A DNA stretch of 64,000 nt from Candidatus Thorarchaeota archaeon (GTDB taxonomy: Archaea; Asgardarchaeota; Thorarchaeia; Thorarchaeales; Thorarchaeaceae), in the NCBI GenBank assembly GCA_046758445.1, contig JBHIAE010000001.1:32001-96000 (forward strand), written 5' to 3'. This document shows, in pieces, positions 48,994 to 58,829 of this stretch. The stretch's first letter is position 1; every line of letters starts with the position of its first letter. The notes below the pieces were generated by a model. It ran no database searches and was not told the origin of the DNA. It saw only the letters and a program-made list of their open reading frames with translations. Made by a program: the position numbers and the translations under genes.

Positions 48994-49191
48994 GGTCTAC
49001 AACCTCATCCTGACTGATCTGAGGCTTGTTCGCCTCTTGAAGACGCCTTATAATAGTTATCATCCAGCCCGACGCTTTCTTCGATTTCTCCCTATGTTGT
49101 CGGAGAAGCTAGGGGCACCTTTCGCTAGAGCATTCAACAGAGTTGGAAGGGTTAATCTGCGAATGCGTCTGTGCCATTCAGGGGTATCTCC

Positions 49192-49458
49192 ATGAGTGAT
49201 CTATCACGAGGGCAGGTCCACATCATGAAAGGAGACAATGTCATCCATATAGCCAGCAAGTGGAGAAGACGTGGTGAGGACGGAATACACACCACTTTTT
49301 GTGGCCTAGTAGTATCTAAAAGTGCCGAATAATCAAGGACTGCACATGTAGGGTGCCGAGTCATCAAGGCAAAGCAGACTACCTGCAGCAAATGTCGTGA
49401 GCATTTCTATAGGGCAAGCATAGACCGGGCCACACGCAAACTGGGTGGACATGCATAG
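49192..49458 (+). pseudogene. Probable small Zn-finger gene interrupted by an in-frame TAA
   Basis: MSDL..IH..TFCG..AE*(49330-32)SRT..TTCSKC..HA*; the ligand set spans the stop. Confidence 0.45.
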
Positions 49459-49484
49459 TCCATAGAAATCGGCAGTAAAGCAGC

Positions 49485-50114
49485 CTATAGAGAAGTTGGA
49501 GCCTGGGATGAGATTGTTCCGCCCGGTCCTATCTGCCGCTTAGTCATCATGGTTCGCACTTCGAAGGCCAGGACCGACAATACTAGTGCTGATAGCCCGA
49601 TTGTCACAGATAGAGGCATGGGACCATAGATTGGGTAGTTGACTACATAGGTACCCACTGAGAGCATAACAGAACCGAGACAGGCTAGTCCTAGAAGGAA
49701 GCCTACTCCTTCTTCCTTCTCAGAACTAAGCCCAAGCCTTTCCAGTAACGAGCGGGTCCAGCTCGGCGGCACAACGATGTATGCAATTCCTAGTGCCATC
49801 CAGAGGCCCCAGATGCCACCTCTGAGGAATAGAACGTAGACTATTGCTTCCAATAGAGAGAGGGGTGTGATTACCGTTATGGCTCTATAGGAAATATATG
49901 GGATGGGGAATAGCCTGAATCCACCATATGGACAATCGAGCCAGTAATTGGACCCCTCACTGACAAACCTTGATACGTCGACCAAAACGGGCAGATACAA
50001 TAGCAAGAGCCCGACCGTCGCACGTTTTATCAGAGTCACTCTATATCTGGCTATCGTATTTCGAAGGCTCTGAGAGGACCGAGTTTCGCCCTGCTCGATC
50101 ACGCTTTCTGTCAA
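49485..50114 (-). CDS. Membrane protein of unknown function
   Basis: About 5 hydrophobic segments. Confidence 0.65.
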   Translation of the reverse strand: MTESVIEQGETRSSQSLRNTIARYRVTLIKRATVGLLLLYLPVLVDVSRFVSEGSNYWLDCPYGGFRLFPIPYISYRAITVITPLSLLEAIVYVLFLRGGIWGLWMALGIAYIVVPPSWTRSLLERLGLSSEKEEGVGFLLGLACLGSVMLSVGTYVVNYPIYGPMPLSVTIGLSALVLSVLAFEVRTMMTKRQIGPGGTISSQAPTSL

Positions 50115-50315
50115 TACTGCCCCCTACATTGCAATAGCCATCTTCTCAGATAAGAGTTGAGAACTGAGAAAGGAATCCAAACGATAACCATCTCATCTGC
50201 GCCACGACTCAAGAGCCTTACAGCTGTGAATGACCTGGGTTCTGAAGCCAATATTCTTGTCGTACTATTGTTTCAGGGAAAAAGTGAAAAGCACGACAAT
50301 ACAGTGACTGTCCAA

Positions 50316-50485
50316 GCCCGGATAGCCAAGCGGTTCGCTCATGACATTCCGTCACGAACCTGCAGACGGCGGCAGCCTGGAGCAGGCCAACTGGTCGAAC
50401 AGGCAGCTGCTCTCCTTCTAGGAGGCATGAAGGTCGATCATTCGTGGTCGGTCTGGCTAGAGTTCGAATCTCATTCCGGGCGCCA
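50316..50485 (+). tRNA. tRNA-Ser(GGA) with three introns (50336-50365, 50383-50404, 50430-50460)
   Basis: Spliced 87-mer: acceptor GCCCGGA/UCCGGGC, D arm GCC-AAGCGGUUAC-GGC, anticodon stem GCAGC/GCUGC with loop CUGGAGA, variable arm CUCCU/AGGAG, T arm AUGAG-UUCGAAU-CUCAU, G73, encoded CCA. Confidence 0.93.
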
Positions 50486-50487
50486 CT

Positions 50488-50703
50488 TCATTCCTTTCTG
50501 CCAATCCTCAAACCGATGAATATCAGGGCAAGAGTAAGTGCTGTCAGTCCAGTCGCCAGCACAGGAGGTAGTGCCCTCTCTGGATAGAGTGGGCCTTCGA
50601 CTGCTGCGGTATTAATAGTCCAAAGGAGAAAGCCTGCAATGAGGAACAAGATGATTGAGTCAATCACTTGACCCATGCTGACCTTCCTGTTTCTCTGGCT
50701 CAT
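50488..50703 (-). CDS. Small two-TM membrane protein
   Basis: Two hydrophobic helices; upstream GGTGA SD. Confidence 0.7.
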   Translation of the reverse strand: MSQRNRKVSMGQVIDSIILFLIAGFLLWTINTAAVEGPLYPERALPPVLATGLTALTLALIFIGLRIGRKE

Positions 50704-50886
50704 TTCGAATTGTCACCCTCAATCATTCTTGGCTACCCAGACATAGCAGGGCCTTCGGGGGGACGGGCGGATATAAGGCTGACGCTGGCTATGTCCCCCA
50801 ATGTCCAGTTCGCCCAGAACTCCACATCTCACCAACTTGGTCCTCTCACTTTGAACTTAGGCGGCCTCGTCGCTTTTATAGTGGAT

Positions 50887-51351
50887 TCACATACCCTCGG
50901 GCATTTCTAGGAGCAGAAGTTTGCCAAAGTATCCGTATATCGGAGCAAGGAGAAGCACCCTTGGACCAATATTGAAGAGCCAAAACAATGCACTTGAAAT
51001 CATAGGAATTGAGGGCCCTCCTAACCAGATAAAAGCAGGGTTGGATATTTGATCTTCAATCATGAAGATGCCATAGAGCACAAGCCCTTGAAATCCAAGA
51101 CGGAGTGGATTCTTGGAGAAGGGGGTCTTCCAGAGTGCCCTTGAGATTGAAGAGTTCGCGGCACCAAACACCAATACAATCGGAATATGTGCCACGATTC
51201 CGATGATCACGCGGTCTGGATGAATTGAATAGTTTGGAATGATTGTTGTAAATAGAATGGACCAGAACAAGTATACGAAGGCATACTGGAAAACCACGTA
51301 GGCTAGACCATGATGATAGAAGCGGACCAATCGACTAGGGATTGTATTCAT
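50887..51351 (-). CDS. Membrane protein of unknown function
   Basis: About 4 TM helices; start uncertain (ORF extends to 51507). Confidence 0.6.
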   Translation of the reverse strand: MNTIPSRLVRFYHHGLAYVVFQYAFVYLFWSILFTTIIPNYSIHPDRVIIGIVAHIPIVLVFGAANSSISRALWKTPFSKNPLRLGFQGLVLYGIFMIEDQISNPAFIWLGGPSIPMISSALFWLFNIGPRVLLLAPIYGYFGKLLLLEMPEGM

Positions 51352-51503
51352 CAACAACGTTCCTAGTTTCCAACTGTCAGAAAAATGTCTTTCGACTCTG
51401 CCTGCACGGAGAACAAAGTTCTGTAGGAAGACCTTTAGCTTGTGACCCTGAGGAGATTGTACAGGGTCAATAACTTCTTGGCATTCTAACTGGGATTGCC
51501 ATC

Positions 51504-52577
51504 TCATGTCCCACGGTGTCCAGCCTGAGCGGGAAACGACATCTCACCAACCAAGTTCGTTGCCATCAACTCCCTGACCTTGCTGGCACTAGTGGTATGA
51601 CCCAGTACCCAGGCAAGTTTCACGACGGCGGCTTCAGAAGTCATATCGAATGCACTCATCGCCCCTACATCTGCTGCCGCACGTCCAACTTCATACATTG
51701 ATAGGTCAGCTTGGCCAAATGTGCATTGCGAACTGATGACAACAAAACAGCCTCGATCCACAGCCTCTCGAATCGCCTCCGTCAAAGCGTTCTCTTCAGT
51801 GGGGATGTTGCCAGAGCCAAACCCCTCAATGACAATTCCGCGATACCCCATATCCAGTACCCTCATGAGTATCTCGGGTGGAAGTCCTGGAAAGACCTTC
51901 AGAAGCCACACTTTGTCATCAAGAAGAGAGTCAAACGTAGGGACTAGATCGGCCCTGCTTCTTCTTCCTTCGTACAAGACGATGTTTCTAGCTAGTACTC
52001 CAAGCGGTGTCGGGTCCATGGAGTCAAATGCATCATAGGAGTTGACTCGCAACTTCTTGGCTCTAGTAGCACGATGAATCTCACCATTAAACACGATACA
52101 TGTTTCACCAATGTCTCCAAAGGCTGCAACTCTTATCGCATCCAACAGGTTTCTCGGTCCGTCGCTCCAAGGAACTGTCGCCGGAATCTGCGAGCCGGTG
52201 AAGATGATTGGCTTGCCGGAATCTTGGACCATGAAACTGACTGCTGCGGCCGAATACACCATTGTGTCAGTGCCGTGAGTTATCACGATGCCCTGGAGAT
52301 CCGGCATTTCATCGTTCACATCTTTGATAGCGCTAGCAATCTCCTGCCAATGATGAGGTTGTGCGTTAGCTGAGTCGAGTTGGAATAGCTCCTTCTGACA
52401 TACGTCAACATTGCCCATGCCTTTTGGTAGTCTCTCTAGAAGTGTTTCAACAGAGAGTCCAGGCCTTAGCACTTCAGTCTGTGAATCGTAAACGCTGGAG
52501 ATAGTCCCTCCCGTTGTAATCAGACACACCTTTGCTGTTTCCGGCTGCGTCAAGGTCATCACCACGCGTCCTGTCAT
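51504..52577 (-). CDS. ansA: L-asparaginase type I
   Basis: TGGTIS, HGTDTM, TGSQ, G.G.GN; lacks the GatD N-terminal domain. Confidence 0.9.
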   Translation of the reverse strand: MTGRVVMTLTQPETAKVCLITTGGTISSVYDSQTEVLRPGLSVETLLERLPKGMGNVDVCQKELFQLDSANAQPHHWQEIASAIKDVNDEMPDLQGIVITHGTDTMVYSAAAVSFMVQDSGKPIIFTGSQIPATVPWSDGPRNLLDAIRVAAFGDIGETCIVFNGEIHRATRAKKLRVNSYDAFDSMDPTPLGVLARNIVLYEGRRSRADLVPTFDSLLDDKVWLLKVFPGLPPEILMRVLDMGYRGIVIEGFGSGNIPTEENALTEAIREAVDRGCFVVISSQCTFGQADLSMYEVGRAAADVGAMSAFDMTSEAAVVKLAWVLGHTTSASKVRELMATNLVGEMSFPAQAGHRGT

Positions 52578-52630
52578 GAGGATGATTTATTGGTGTTGCG
52601 ATGAGTGGAATAGTCATTCGGTGATTTTGA

Positions 52631-53830
52631 ATGCACGACCTTGTGATTGTTGGCGGAGGACCAGCAGGAGCAACATGTGCAAGAAGAGCAGCACTGAATG
52701 GTCTAGACGTGCTGTTGGTGGAAAGAGAAGTTCATCCGAGACCCAAGCTTTGTGGGGGAGCGTTAACCCATCGCGTTGCAGACCTGGTCGATTTCAATTT
52801 CTCTCATGTCGTGCAGGCGGAATCCAGCGGGGGGCGTCTATACTCTCACTCAGGAGAATGTTTGGAACTCAGCCGAAGCGACTACATTGGTTATCTCGTC
52901 AATCGCCCGGACCTCGACACCCTCCTCATCCAGAAGGCAAAGGAGGCGGGGGCAGAAGTACTCGAGGGTACCAAGGTCTTGGCAGTTGAGCAGCTAAGGT
53001 CGGGAGTCAGAGTCCTCACACATGGCGACTCCCACAGAGCCCATCTGTTAGTGGGTGCAGATGGAGTCAATGGAGTCGTTGCAAAGCAGATGCGGATTCG
53101 TGACAAGTGGTCACCGGAGAGTGTCGGTCTGTGCATCGCTGCCGACTTTCAACTGGATCCGGACGAGGTCTTCAGAGTGATGGCTCTAACCGATTCAAAG
53201 TCAATGGGCATCGACCTTCACTTGGGAATCCTGACCTGGGGATATGGTTGGTGTTTTCCCAAGAAGGACATACTGAATATCGGCATTGGATGCAGGGTGG
53301 ACCACGCATCTAACCTTCGTGGTCATTGGAACCCGTTTGTGAAGAGAGTAGAGAGTCTGAAGGGGGTCAAACTCTCCACTTCAGAGAGGAGTGCATTTCG
53401 TATTCCCCTGGGAGGTGCTATGGCAAGGTATGTGGCCAGAAGGACTATACTTGTCGGAGATGCTGCTGGGTTGGTTTCACCAGTGACGGGAGAGGGGGTC
53501 TACTACGCAATGAAATCGGGAATGATCGCAGCCGACGTTGCATCAGAGGCCGCGGAGATGAAACAACCTCAACATGTCCTGTCCTATGAGAAACGCTTGA
53601 GGGAGTCGATCTTGAGCGAACTTCGCGCCGCCCGCAACATCGCCAAGATCCTGTTCAAATCAAAGAAGAACATGAGTATTGTATTCAGGATTGCAGAGAA
53701 AGACCCCGTGATGAGAGAGTACATCATCGACTTTGTTACAGGAACTCAACCCCTTCCTCAGGTGCGCAAAAAGATGACCAGAAGAATGCTGAGCCGTCAC
53801 CCCATGATGGCCTTGAGATTGAGGCTCTAG
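52631..53830 (+). CDS. Geranylgeranyl reductase family flavoprotein
   Basis: GGGPAG, K.CGG, GADG, YGW.FPK, GDAAG..P.TGEG. Confidence 0.92.
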   Translation: MHDLVIVGGGPAGATCARRAALNGLDVLLVEREVHPRPKLCGGALTHRVADLVDFNFSHVVQAESSGGRLYSHSGECLELSRSDYIGYLVNRPDLDTLLIQKAKEAGAEVLEGTKVLAVEQLRSGVRVLTHGDSHRAHLLVGADGVNGVVAKQMRIRDKWSPESVGLCIAADFQLDPDEVFRVMALTDSKSMGIDLHLGILTWGYGWCFPKKDILNIGIGCRVDHASNLRGHWNPFVKRVESLKGVKLSTSERSAFRIPLGGAMARYVARRTILVGDAAGLVSPVTGEGVYYAMKSGMIAADVASEAAEMKQPQHVLSYEKRLRESILSELRAARNIAKILFKSKKNMSIVFRIAEKDPVMREYIIDFVTGTQPLPQVRKKMTRRMLSRHPMMALRLRL

Positions 53831-53844
53831 CCAATCATGAACGG

Positions 53845-54780
53845 TCATGGAGGGACTACTTTGGTTGACCCATCCAGATTCAACTGAATCCTCATGAAAT
53901 CCGTGGCTAGGATTGAATTCGGCAGGATTGCACGGGCCTCCTCCAGAATCTGTGTCCCATCCCCGTAACGCGGGCTATAGTGCGTGAGTACGAGCAATCT
54001 GACATCAGAATGCCTTGCAAGTTCAGCAGCCGAAAGAGCAGTCATGTGACCTCTCTCCTCAGCAAGATCAGAGTGTTCCGAGGTATACATCGCCTCGGAG
54101 ATTAGGACATCGGCATTCCTTGCAGCCTCTCTAAGACTATCACATGGTCTGGTGTCTCCGGTGTATACAACTTTCAGTGGGCGTGGCTTTGAACCAGTAA
54201 CATCCTCTGGTCGGACTTCTCTACCATCGTCCAAGACTACTGCTTCACCATTCGACAGTTTCCCCCATAGCGGCCCCTTCGGCACTCCCAGACTCTTCGC
54301 TCTATCAGGCAGGAATTCTCCTGTCGGTCTGCTGTATGTCACCTCATATCCAAAGGCGAGACCCCGATGGTCCACTTCAAAAGCTCGAACTGCGATATCG
54401 TCATTCTCGAAAAGCACTCCGCCCTCAATCCCGTACACAGTCGTCTTGAAAGTCGTTCCAAGATTGATGGTCTTTTGGTTCACCTTCACATACTCGATTA
54501 ACTCAACCGGCCCATAGATGTCCAGAGGCTTGATTCGGCCCAGCAGGGAAAACCTGAGTAATAAGCCTCCCAGTCCGAGTAAATGGTCTGCATGCGTATG
54601 TGTTATGAAGACGGCCATCTTCTTGTTTTGTCCTAATCCAGCCCGCTCGAACTGCCTCTGTGTGTCTTCTCCACAGTCGAACATCAGGTTCCATCCGCGA
54701 TGTCTAACCACTATGGCCGGATGGTTCCTTCCTTCAGTAGGGATACTTCCGCCACTGCCAAGTATCACTATCTCTATCAA
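53845..54780 (-). CDS. rnz: Ribonuclease Z
   Basis: DCGE, THTHADH, GP.WG exosite, YTGDT, THYSPRY. Confidence 0.96.
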   Translation of the reverse strand: MIEIVILGSGGSIPTEGRNHPAIVVRHRGWNLMFDCGEDTQRQFERAGLGQNKKMAVFITHTHADHLLGLGGLLLRFSLLGRIKPLDIYGPVELIEYVKVNQKTINLGTTFKTTVYGIEGGVLFENDDIAVRAFEVDHRGLAFGYEVTYSRPTGEFLPDRAKSLGVPKGPLWGKLSNGEAVVLDDGREVRPEDVTGSKPRPLKVVYTGDTRPCDSLREAARNADVLISEAMYTSEHSDLAEERGHMTALSAAELARHSDVRLLVLTHYSPRYGDGTQILEEARAILPNSILATDFMRIQLNLDGSTKVVPP

Positions 54781-54845
54781 GTTTCGATTGCCACCATACC
54801 GGCCGTTCTGTTTCAGTCAAGATATGGATTGCGACTCCGAAGTTG

Positions 54846-56234
54846 CTAGGCTAGATCGACTGGAATCTCTCCCTGCTCTGCCTCTCTTCGCACAATACCG
54901 AATGATCTCGCATCGAAGAAGTCTCCGTGGCCCCACTTCCACGCCCTGCCACGTCGGCTAAACATTGCAGCAGTTGTGAGCCGACTGCCGTGTCCGGCAG
55001 CGATCATATGTGCAGAGTAGTCATCAACACGCGACATCCAAGACCCCAGTGCTCTGATGAGCTCACGAGCAGTGCCGGGCGGCAGAGCTGCAAGCTGAAG
55101 CACTCTCTTCTCATCTGTTTCCAGATTCACAATTCGTGTCAGATACGTGACAGGCAGGAAACTCCATGCCCCCAGTACGCTGCCAGCTGTTTCAACGCTG
55201 GAGAGAACAAGCATGCGTTCGGATAGCAGGGGGACTCTCACTCTAGTCCTAGGTACTACAACCTGATCCTCTATCAACTGTGCTCTTCTTCTGAATACTG
55301 TACTCTCGGACAAACCGGTACTACTCACAATCTCAGATGCTGTTGACTCGAAGTCTTCTGTCAGCTGATCAATTATCTTCAAATCAGCAGCTGTGAGGTG
55401 CACATGCTCTGAGCTCCTCATTGGCGAGTCGCTCACCACCAGATGATTCTCACCCTTTCTCAACTGAGTGGACCAATGAAACACGTCTAGATTCCATCCG
55501 GCCTTGGGGACACTATACGAACCATTGAAACTGGATTTGCCAGTCGAAAGCTGCCACGCAGAAACACGAATGGAGGTTGTTCTCAATCCTCGTACAATGT
55601 TGAGCAAGTCCTCTATTCTCTCTTTCGGGATGGTGGCAACGTGAAGTGCCATCTGCTCACTACCGTCGATAAAGAGATTCTTCGTAATATATGGTGACGA
55701 GAGAACAAGCTTCGGGGATTCCAAGATAATCAACACTCTTAGAAGGCCGAGCTTGCCTGCGTTAAGTAGACCCTCCATTCTCAATACGTCAGCCCTTCTA
55801 AGTCGCTGGACAGCACGTCTTGCTTGTGAATAGCTTAGTCCGCTCTTCCGAGCAAGACTCCTGAGGCCGAGACTAGGCTCATTTAGAGTTTCACTGAGAA
55901 TTGCTAGCTCAGTGTCTGAGAAGACAGAAATGTTTGCGCGCCAGACGGCTTCAACGAGATTCCATAGATCCTTCTGGGTGATGACTTCCACGCCACCCAG
56001 CTCGCGGACTCGTTGAACTCTTCGCTCAAGCGCTGTATAGAGGCTGCCGCGGTGACTCTCAACCATTTGTTTGAGCCGCGTCATCTCAGGGCCGGGCTGG
56101 AAAACTTCAACCTGTCCTCCCTCGTGCAACTCGTGAATGAACCGGAGAAGTGCTCTCGCATCTGTTGTTAACAGGTTCCTCCAGTCCGAGCCATCATTGC
56201 CTGACATGACACTGTCCTCGTGCGACAAGACCAT
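54846..56234 (-). CDS. Tandem Lrp/AsnC-like winged-helix regulator
   Basis: Two HTH units (LRSLARKSGLSYSQARR; ASEIVSSTGLSESTVFRR), each followed by a RAM-like region. Confidence 0.7.
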   Translation of the reverse strand: MVLSHEDSVMSGNDGSDWRNLLTTDARALLRFIHELHEGGQVEVFQPGPEMTRLKQMVESHRGSLYTALERRVQRVRELGGVEVITQKDLWNLVEAVWRANISVFSDTELAILSETLNEPSLGLRSLARKSGLSYSQARRAVQRLRRADVLRMEGLLNAGKLGLLRVLIILESPKLVLSSPYITKNLFIDGSEQMALHVATIPKERIEDLLNIVRGLRTTSIRVSAWQLSTGKSSFNGSYSVPKAGWNLDVFHWSTQLRKGENHLVVSDSPMRSSEHVHLTAADLKIIDQLTEDFESTASEIVSSTGLSESTVFRRRAQLIEDQVVVPRTRVRVPLLSERMLVLSSVETAGSVLGAWSFLPVTYLTRIVNLETDEKRVLQLAALPPGTARELIRALGSWMSRVDDYSAHMIAAGHGSRLTTAAMFSRRGRAWKWGHGDFFDARSFGIVRREAEQGEIPVDLA

Positions 56235-56309
56235 GAAGTGTAGCTCCTTTCTTACTTTGTAATATACAGAGTTGCGTTCCAGCTGAGCAATAAAAGGCTA
56301 GAGAGAAAC

Positions 56310-57074
56310 CTACAGAGGAGTGGAGTCACTCCAAAGACTCTCAAAATAGGCTGATGCCATTGCTGCAAAAACAGGTGCCGAACTAAAGACACCTAGAAAC
56401 TCTCCCTTTGTGTCCCCACCAGCTAGCATGATTAGAGTCTGTCGCGCGTCGGTCACCAGACCAGCCCCGAAGACACGATCTCGGGTTCGGACTTCAAAGT
56501 CAGCTGGAATCAGAGACCTCAAGGAGGCATCTACACCGGATGTCAAGACTCTAGTTTTGCTTGCTCTGGCAGAGAGGGCTCTCTCTATTACAGGATTCAG
56601 ATCCTCTAGTTCTAGGGTCAAAGCCGGCACTGACAGAATGACCTCCTCCCTAGCAGCATCAAGCATCTCAAGAGCTTTAGCCAAAATGGCAGCCCTTCCA
56701 TGCAGCAACCAGACATCCCGTGTCGTGGCCGTGGTTTCCCGCTCGAATAGGGGTTGAAGCTCCTCCACTACGAGCTTGGTGGCACTCTCGATCCGGTGTT
56801 CCCAGTCAAGTCGAACGAGTCGCACCACCTCTGTTGGAGACTTGGCCGTGTAGAGAGTGGGTCTCCCTTTGCTCACAGTTATGAATCCCTTCTCCTCCAA
56901 GCGACCAAGTACATCATATATTCTAGAGTAAGGAACCTGAGACTTGCTGCTGATGTCAGATGCTGCCATCTGTCCTCCTTCAACTAATGCAAGATAGGCG
57001 GAAGTTTCATACTCTGTGAGCCCAAGCTCCTTTAACGCCTTCAGAGTCGTGTCACTGACCAGCATTGTCACCAC
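56310..57074 (-). CDS. TrmB-family transcriptional regulator
   Basis: LGLTEYE..AY.AL, VPYSRIYDVL..LE.KG. Confidence 0.93.
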   Translation of the reverse strand: MVTMLVSDTTLKALKELGLTEYETSAYLALVEGGQMAASDISSKSQVPYSRIYDVLGRLEEKGFITVSKGRPTLYTAKSPTEVVRLVRLDWEHRIESATKLVVEELQPLFERETTATTRDVWLLHGRAAILAKALEMLDAAREEVILSVPALTLELEDLNPVIERALSARASKTRVLTSGVDASLRSLIPADFEVRTRDRVFGAGLVTDARQTLIMLAGGDTKGEFLGVFSSAPVFAAMASAYFESLWSDSTPL

Positions 57075-57139
57075 TACGAGTGGTGAACAGTTCTAGCTTA
57101 TTAAGTGGTGCCAATATGCGAGTTGAAGAGAGGTATTAT

Positions 57140-57712
57140 CTACGTCTTCTGGCGATTCTCAACGTACCATTCTAGGAATTTGCGAAAGGCCTCGGACCGG
57201 TGAGAAACCTTCACCTTCTCATCAAGTGACAATTGGGCATAGGTGCGTGATTCTCCGTCTGGCACGAAGATTGGGTCATAGCCAAATCCACCCTCTCCAG
57301 CTGGCGCCTTGGCAATGTCCCCGTACATGGTACCAATGAAGTAGCGAAACACCCACCCATCTGCGTAACCAACTCCCGTATCGAATCGGGCATCTCTGTC
57401 CTCAACACCTTCCATCAAACGCAAGAGGCCCTCGCATCCGATGGACTCGAGAACGAACGCTGCGTAAGGGCCGGGGAAGTCGTTGAGCGACTCGACATAT
57501 AGACCCGTGTCATCAACTACAACGGGACGCTTGAGAACCTTGTAGGCGTTCTTCGCGGCTTCCATAGCGACCCTGCCAATGCTGTTTGCTCTCACCTCAT
57601 ACTTCTCGAGATCCGATGTTTCAAAGGGAACGCCAAACTCATCAAACAGGGGAGTGAGTTCCGCAACCTTATGTTCATTCCTGGTAATCAGAATCAACTT
57701 ATCCTTTGACAT
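57140..57712 (-). CDS. rdgB: Non-canonical purine NTP pyrophosphatase (RdgB/HAM1)
   Basis: T.N.HK, DDTGL, FPGPY, GFGYDPIF, SHR. Confidence 0.95.
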   Translation of the reverse strand: MSKDKLILITRNEHKVAELTPLFDEFGVPFETSDLEKYEVRANSIGRVAMEAAKNAYKVLKRPVVVDDTGLYVESLNDFPGPYAAFVLESIGCEGLLRLMEGVEDRDARFDTGVGYADGWVFRYFIGTMYGDIAKAPAGEGGFGYDPIFVPDGESRTYAQLSLDEKVKVSHRSEAFRKFLEWYVENRQKT

Positions 57713-58826
57713 AGTTCAAGACCTCTTTCAGCACCTTGTAGGAGCTTCTGATATGCTCCAGATCGAACATACCGGTTGCGTTCCAAAGTATCATGTGTGT
57801 CAGACCAGCTCTCCTATACTCCTCAAGCATCTTTATGATAGCCTCAGAGCCTCCAGACATGTAGAAGTCATCTAAGATCTCTTTTGGTACTTGATCCATT
57901 GCCTTGAGAGTGGTTTCACGATCATAGCGCATTGGTATGTAGTCAGTAAGTGAGTAGAAGTCCTTCCCAAAGGGATGTTCATAGCCAAGCCTCGCCCACT
58001 CGTTAGACGGGTACAACAATGCAAATGCCTTAGCAATCTTGCTCTGCTTCAGCCGATCGCAGACCGACTCGTCCTCGTCTAGGATACACCAGTTCCAAAG
58101 AGCAGCAGTGAATGGGCCGGTCTTGTCTAGCCTCTGTCTGTGCTTCTTAATCGTGTTCAAGCGGTCCGCATACTCGTTAGGTGGAAGAAGTGTGGGGATC
58201 CAGCCGTCACCAAATTCAGCCGTAATCCTCAGCATCTTCGGTCCCATGGCCGCTGTCCAGATTGGAGGAGGTCTTTCTGGGTCCAGCGGTCTAAGGGACA
58301 TGACTGCATCTCTGAGCTTCCAGAACTTCCCATCATAGTTGAAGGGTTCATGGGACTTCCAAACTAGCTGAATAATCTCAAGAGCCTCTCTCAGCTTTCC
58401 GACTTGACCTGAGAACTTCAGCCCATAGGGCTCAATATTCTCTAGCTCTCCAGCACCGATTCCCAGGACTGCTCTCCCGTTGCTGATGTGGTCAAGAGTG
58501 AGAAATGTCTGGGCCAACAACACCGGATGTCGTCTGATGGGTTCTGTGACTGCTGAAACCAGCTTCACTCTTTCTGTCACAGAAGCACATGCTGCCATAA
58601 TAGTCCCGAGTTCATAGTAAGTATGCGGAGACTGTTGTAAGAGGGAGAGGGGTGTGACATCAGGAACCCAGACGCTTTCAGGAATGAATCCCGCGAAATG
58701 GTCAGGAAACGCCATACTATCATAGCCCAGAGAATCAATCGTCTTCGCGTTTCTAATTGCATTCTCAATGGGTGGAAGGAATGGCCCTGGAGCCCCAATC
58801 TCCAGATCATGAATGTCTGTCATCAA
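57699..58826 (-). CDS. LLM-class (luciferase-like) oxidoreductase, possibly F420-dependent
   Basis: PDH, RRHPVLLAQ..TLD.IS.GR..LGIGAG, GPKML....GDGW. Confidence 0.9.
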   Translation of the reverse strand: MMTDIHDLEIGAPGPFLPPIENAIRNAKTIDSLGYDSMAFPDHFAGFIPESVWVPDVTPLSLLQQSPHTYYELGTIMAACASVTERVKLVSAVTEPIRRHPVLLAQTFLTLDHISNGRAVLGIGAGELENIEPYGLKFSGQVGKLREALEIIQLVWKSHEPFNYDGKFWKLRDAVMSLRPLDPERPPPIWTAAMGPKMLRITAEFGDGWIPTLLPPNEYADRLNTIKKHRQRLDKTGPFTAALWNWCILDEDESVCDRLKQSKIAKAFALLYPSNEWARLGYEHPFGKDFYSLTDYIPMRYDRETTLKAMDQVPKEILDDFYMSGGSEAIIKMLEEYRRAGLTHMILWNATGMFDLEHIRSSYKVLKEVLNYVKG

Positions 58827-58829
58827 TGA

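Noticed and set aside
50157-50519. 120-aa ORF in the track
   Set aside because: It overlies the tRNA-Ser gene and has no protein features
51504-52577. GatD amidotransferase subunit
   Set aside because: No N-terminal GatD domain and no adjacent gatE; the length fits type I asparaginase
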